Assembly: GCF_006345805.1 (NCBI RefSeq)
Contig: NW_021823605.1
Coordinates: 1-21,811, forward strand
Reading direction: 5' to 3'
Length of the DNA: 21,811 nucleotides
From: Octopus sinensis
Taxonomy: Eukaryota
Position numbers and translations under genes: made by a program. This document shows, piece by piece, positions 21,124 through 21,811 of this stretch; the first letter of the stretch is position 1; each line of letters starts with the position of its first letter. Below the pieces are notes generated by a model. The model did no database searches. It was not told where the DNA came from and was given only the letters and a program-made list of their open reading frames with translations.

Positions 21124-21811
21124 GTTGTTAGTAAAATGTACTTTAAATGAATCTCAACACTTAATAAGGCTTTTGATATTGTTTGTTTTCATTTTTCAAA
21201 GATACATTATGATGCTCTTTTATATCACTCACTTTTGTAATTGGGGTATTATATAATTAATGTGATATCTTAAATCTTAGAGAAGTGTTCATGAACTACC
21301 ATAATAAGAATAAAAGTGATTTCAAAAGTACTTAATTTTTTTTTGTCTCAGGGAGTTTTGTTCTCGGATTTCTTTCCAGCGATTTGTCCTACCCGCCACA
21401 CAAACACGCAAATACAATCATGGGGATGAGTTCTCAACACCGCCATTGGTGGATAAATATCTTTATTTGTGGTTTAACAAGGCTACCAATGGTTTCATGC
21501 TGAGAGAAAATGCTGTCACGTGGAACATTAGAACGAGTATGCATAATCATTATATTTGTTTATTTATCCTCAAGTCCAGTACAGTCTCGTGTAAACTCCT
21601 GTATTTTCATTCAGAACGGAACGAGTACAAACCTTCTCATGTGACAGGCTTGATAATTGGGAGAGATTTCTCTCAACAAGAAACCAATGGATGTATAAAC
21701 CAACGGATATATAAAAGTAAAAAAGAATATACACACGCATACACGCACACACATATACATATATATGATTGTGCGTTTGTGTATGTATGAATATAAATAT
21801 AAATATATATA

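Overview
AT-rich, repeat-dense eukaryotic DNA with no complete gene. The 5S rRNA sequence and SINE repertoire suggest a cephalopod, probably Octopus; this is inferred from family resemblance, not from a database hit. Nearly all supplied ORFs are translations of microsatellites. Main contents: (1) a 4.6-kb array (10112-14757) made of one tRNA-derived SINE head followed by 25 head-to-tail copies of the ~184-bp SINE body, with five dispersed minus-strand copies of the same family, three of which carry part or all of the array's junction sequence; (2) two ~180-195-bp Penelope/retrozyme-like elements with a minimal type I hammerhead motif, one with an intact core (19331-19365) and one with a core mutation; (3) a 5S rRNA 5' fragment fused directly to a CORE-type SINE; (4) a 120-bp-arm palindrome; (5) hAT-type MITEs, one with a perfect 8-bp TSD; (6) the 3' end of an RTE-like LINE; (7) two weak plus-strand exon candidates.
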